DNA of 63,316 nt, filler included, from Chlamydiia bacterium (GTDB lineage: Bacteria > Chlamydiota > Chlamydiia > Chlamydiales > FEN-1388), in NCBI GenBank assembly GCA_903848235.1. It is 12 parts of 12 records of this genome, joined end to end, with 100 filler letters (N's around TTAATTAATTAA, not from the genome) between each part and the next. Parts side by side here need not be neighbours in the genome. Positions count along the whole stretch, not along the records: positions 61,700 to 63,316 come from CAINFV010000242.1; 11 more parts are not named here. One strand, written 5' to 3'. Below are positions 61,716 through 63,316 of the stretch, piece after piece (the first letter of the stretch is position 1; the number at the start of each line of letters is the position of its first letter). The notes under the pieces are model-generated. The model saw only the letters and a program-made list of their open reading frames with translations. It was not told the origin of the DNA and did no database searches. A program made the translations under genes and the position numbers.

Positions 61716-62525
61716 ATGAGCAAGAAACCATTCAGTATTATCTCGAACGGAAAGCCAACAATTCCTATGATAGCTCATGTGCCACATGGTTCCACCTTCA
61801 TCCCACAAGACGTGCGACACTCTCTTTTGCTGAGCGACGCGGGCCTCAAGAAAGAATTGATTTTGATGACTGACAGCTATACGCCGGAGCTTTTTGCAGG
61901 AATTGCCGCCTCAGGTGGTTTGGCGATGGTGAATAACTATAGTAGGCTGGTAGTTGATCCTGAACGATTTGAAAATGAGGAAGATGAAGTAATGAGCCCA
62001 AGAGGAATGGGGGCCATTTATACAAAAACGGCTTGCCAGCAAATGCTAAGAAAAGAACTATCCGCAAAAGAAAAGGAAGAAATGCTTTCTACTTATTTTA
62101 GGCCGTATCATGAGGCTTTGAGAAATGAGGTGCAAGAAATGCTGGAACGATTTGAACGATGTCTAATCATAGATTGCCACTCATTTCCTTCAAACCCTCT
62201 ACCTTGCGAATTGGATCAATCCATCGATAGACCAGATATTTGTATCGGCACGGATCCGTTCCACACTCCAGAGGATTTGATAGCCTTGGTACGGTCATTC
62301 TACGAAGCAAATGGAATAAAGGTAGCCATAGACAAACCCTTTTCCGGGACCTATGTGCCACTAATGCATCTTGGCAAAGATAAAAGAGTCTCATCCATTA
62401 TGGTCGAGGTGAATAGAAGTCTGTATATGGATGAAACAACAGGCGACCGATCAGGCCAATTTTTCCAGACAAAAGAAATGACTGACGACCTTATCAAGGA
62501 AGTCATTGGTTTCGAAGCTGGATAG
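61716..62525 (+). CDS. N-formylglutamate amidohydrolase family protein
   Basis: HVPHGS, TDSYT, SRLVVDPER, PYH, IDCHSF, PDICIGTD, MVEVNR. Confidence 0.9.
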   Translation: MSKKPFSIISNGKPTIPMIAHVPHGSTFIPQDVRHSLLLSDAGLKKELILMTDSYTPELFAGIAASGGLAMVNNYSRLVVDPERFENEEDEVMSPRGMGAIYTKTACQQMLRKELSAKEKEEMLSTYFRPYHEALRNEVQEMLERFERCLIIDCHSFPSNPLPCELDQSIDRPDICIGTDPFHTPEDLIALVRSFYEANGIKVAIDKPFSGTYVPLMHLGKDKRVSSIMVEVNRSLYMDETTGDRSGQFFQTKEMTDDLIKEVIGFEAG

Positions 62526-62697
62526 AATAACGATTAAACATCGTAGCTACCGCTGAAGCAGACCTACAGTGAGGCCACTATTCTGCTCTACTCGCTCACG
62601 CTGGACATTCACCTACAGAAAATGGCCGAGCTGCCCGACGGGGTGTTCTGCATCTACAGTTAGCAGACGAGAGTTCAGGCGAAAGGCTGAGGCGAAG

Positions 62698-62950
62698 ATG
62701 CCGGTGGCCAAAGTACGCGAAAAGCGAACTCATGAGGAGGCCATGGTGGCAGGAGGCCAGGGGCGTTGAGCCCAGGCGGGCGGTCAGCACTGGCGCCATA
62801 GGGTTGGAGACGGCCAAGGAGATCCTGGCGGAGGTCTTCCGCGCCCGACCCGGTGAGGTGAAGGAGATGAAACAGAGGCGGCTGGAGAAGAGCGGACTGG
62901 AGGAGCGCGAGGAAGGGCTGTGGCCGGCGAATTTCTGCCTGGGAGAGTAG
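62698..62950 (+). pseudogene. Degraded small hypothetical gene
   Basis: GC-rich; coding-like fragments in two frames (MPVAKVREK... and ...AKEILAEVFRARPGEV...FCLGE). Confidence 0.3.
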
Positions 62951-63316
62951 ATGTGGGCGAAGATTCGAAGGCATGAGGATGTCACGGACAGGTGGCTGAA
63001 CGGTAGCTGGGCCCTGAAAATGCAGGACCAGGTTAACGTAGCAGAGGCTGACGGAGATGCCCAAGAAGCACTCCCGCGAGGCTTTCTATGCGTAGGATGA
63101 TTCGCTGGAGGCGGCGGTGTTATCGGTGCCGTACACTATGGAATGATTTTTTCGAACAATTGCCCTATCTCGACTTTTCGATATCATCAAAAGCAAAGAG
63201 TGCTGTATAATCCGGCGCTTCTGCTGTCCTATGTCATGCATGGCTTCGTCTCGTCAGCCTGCGGGTTATCTACTAAAAAAAGGGATGGCAGGGGTCAGTC
63301 TTGAATGGGATGTATG

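Overview
This window is not one locus. It is 12 contigs joined by 100-nt artificial linkers (N44-TTAATTAATTAA-N44). Six contigs (1-8949, 9050-14612, 35101-38874, 46088-49568, 49669-58453, 58554-61599) look like an environmental Chlamydiae genome: pkn1, DUF721-gyrB, ispA/glmU-like pair, recA, hemH and secreted eukaryote-like kinase/phosphatases. Shared short palindromic MITEs link five of them; 46088-49568 is assigned on gene content only. 14713-29426 is a tailed dsDNA phage fragment with recombination genes, RusA, terS, tRNA-Thr, terL, portal, many tiny accessory ORFs and a probable anti-Shine-Dalgarno sRNA. 29527-31492, 41699-45987 and 61700-63316 look methanogen-like (probably Methanothrix): MNT-HEPN TA, IS1-type element, tRNA-Phe, a tandem array of uncharacterised Cys/His membrane-protein paralogues, dUTPase. 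38975-41598 holds a two-ORF frameshifted DDE transposon. The most distinctive contig is 31593-35000: an endonuclease-deficient Penelope-like retroelement flanked by ~237-bp direct repeats, each carrying a minimal hammerhead ribozyme, with an AUG-less RT frame overlapping ORF1 in the -1 frame. Taxonomic and family calls come from motif recognition only; no searches were run.
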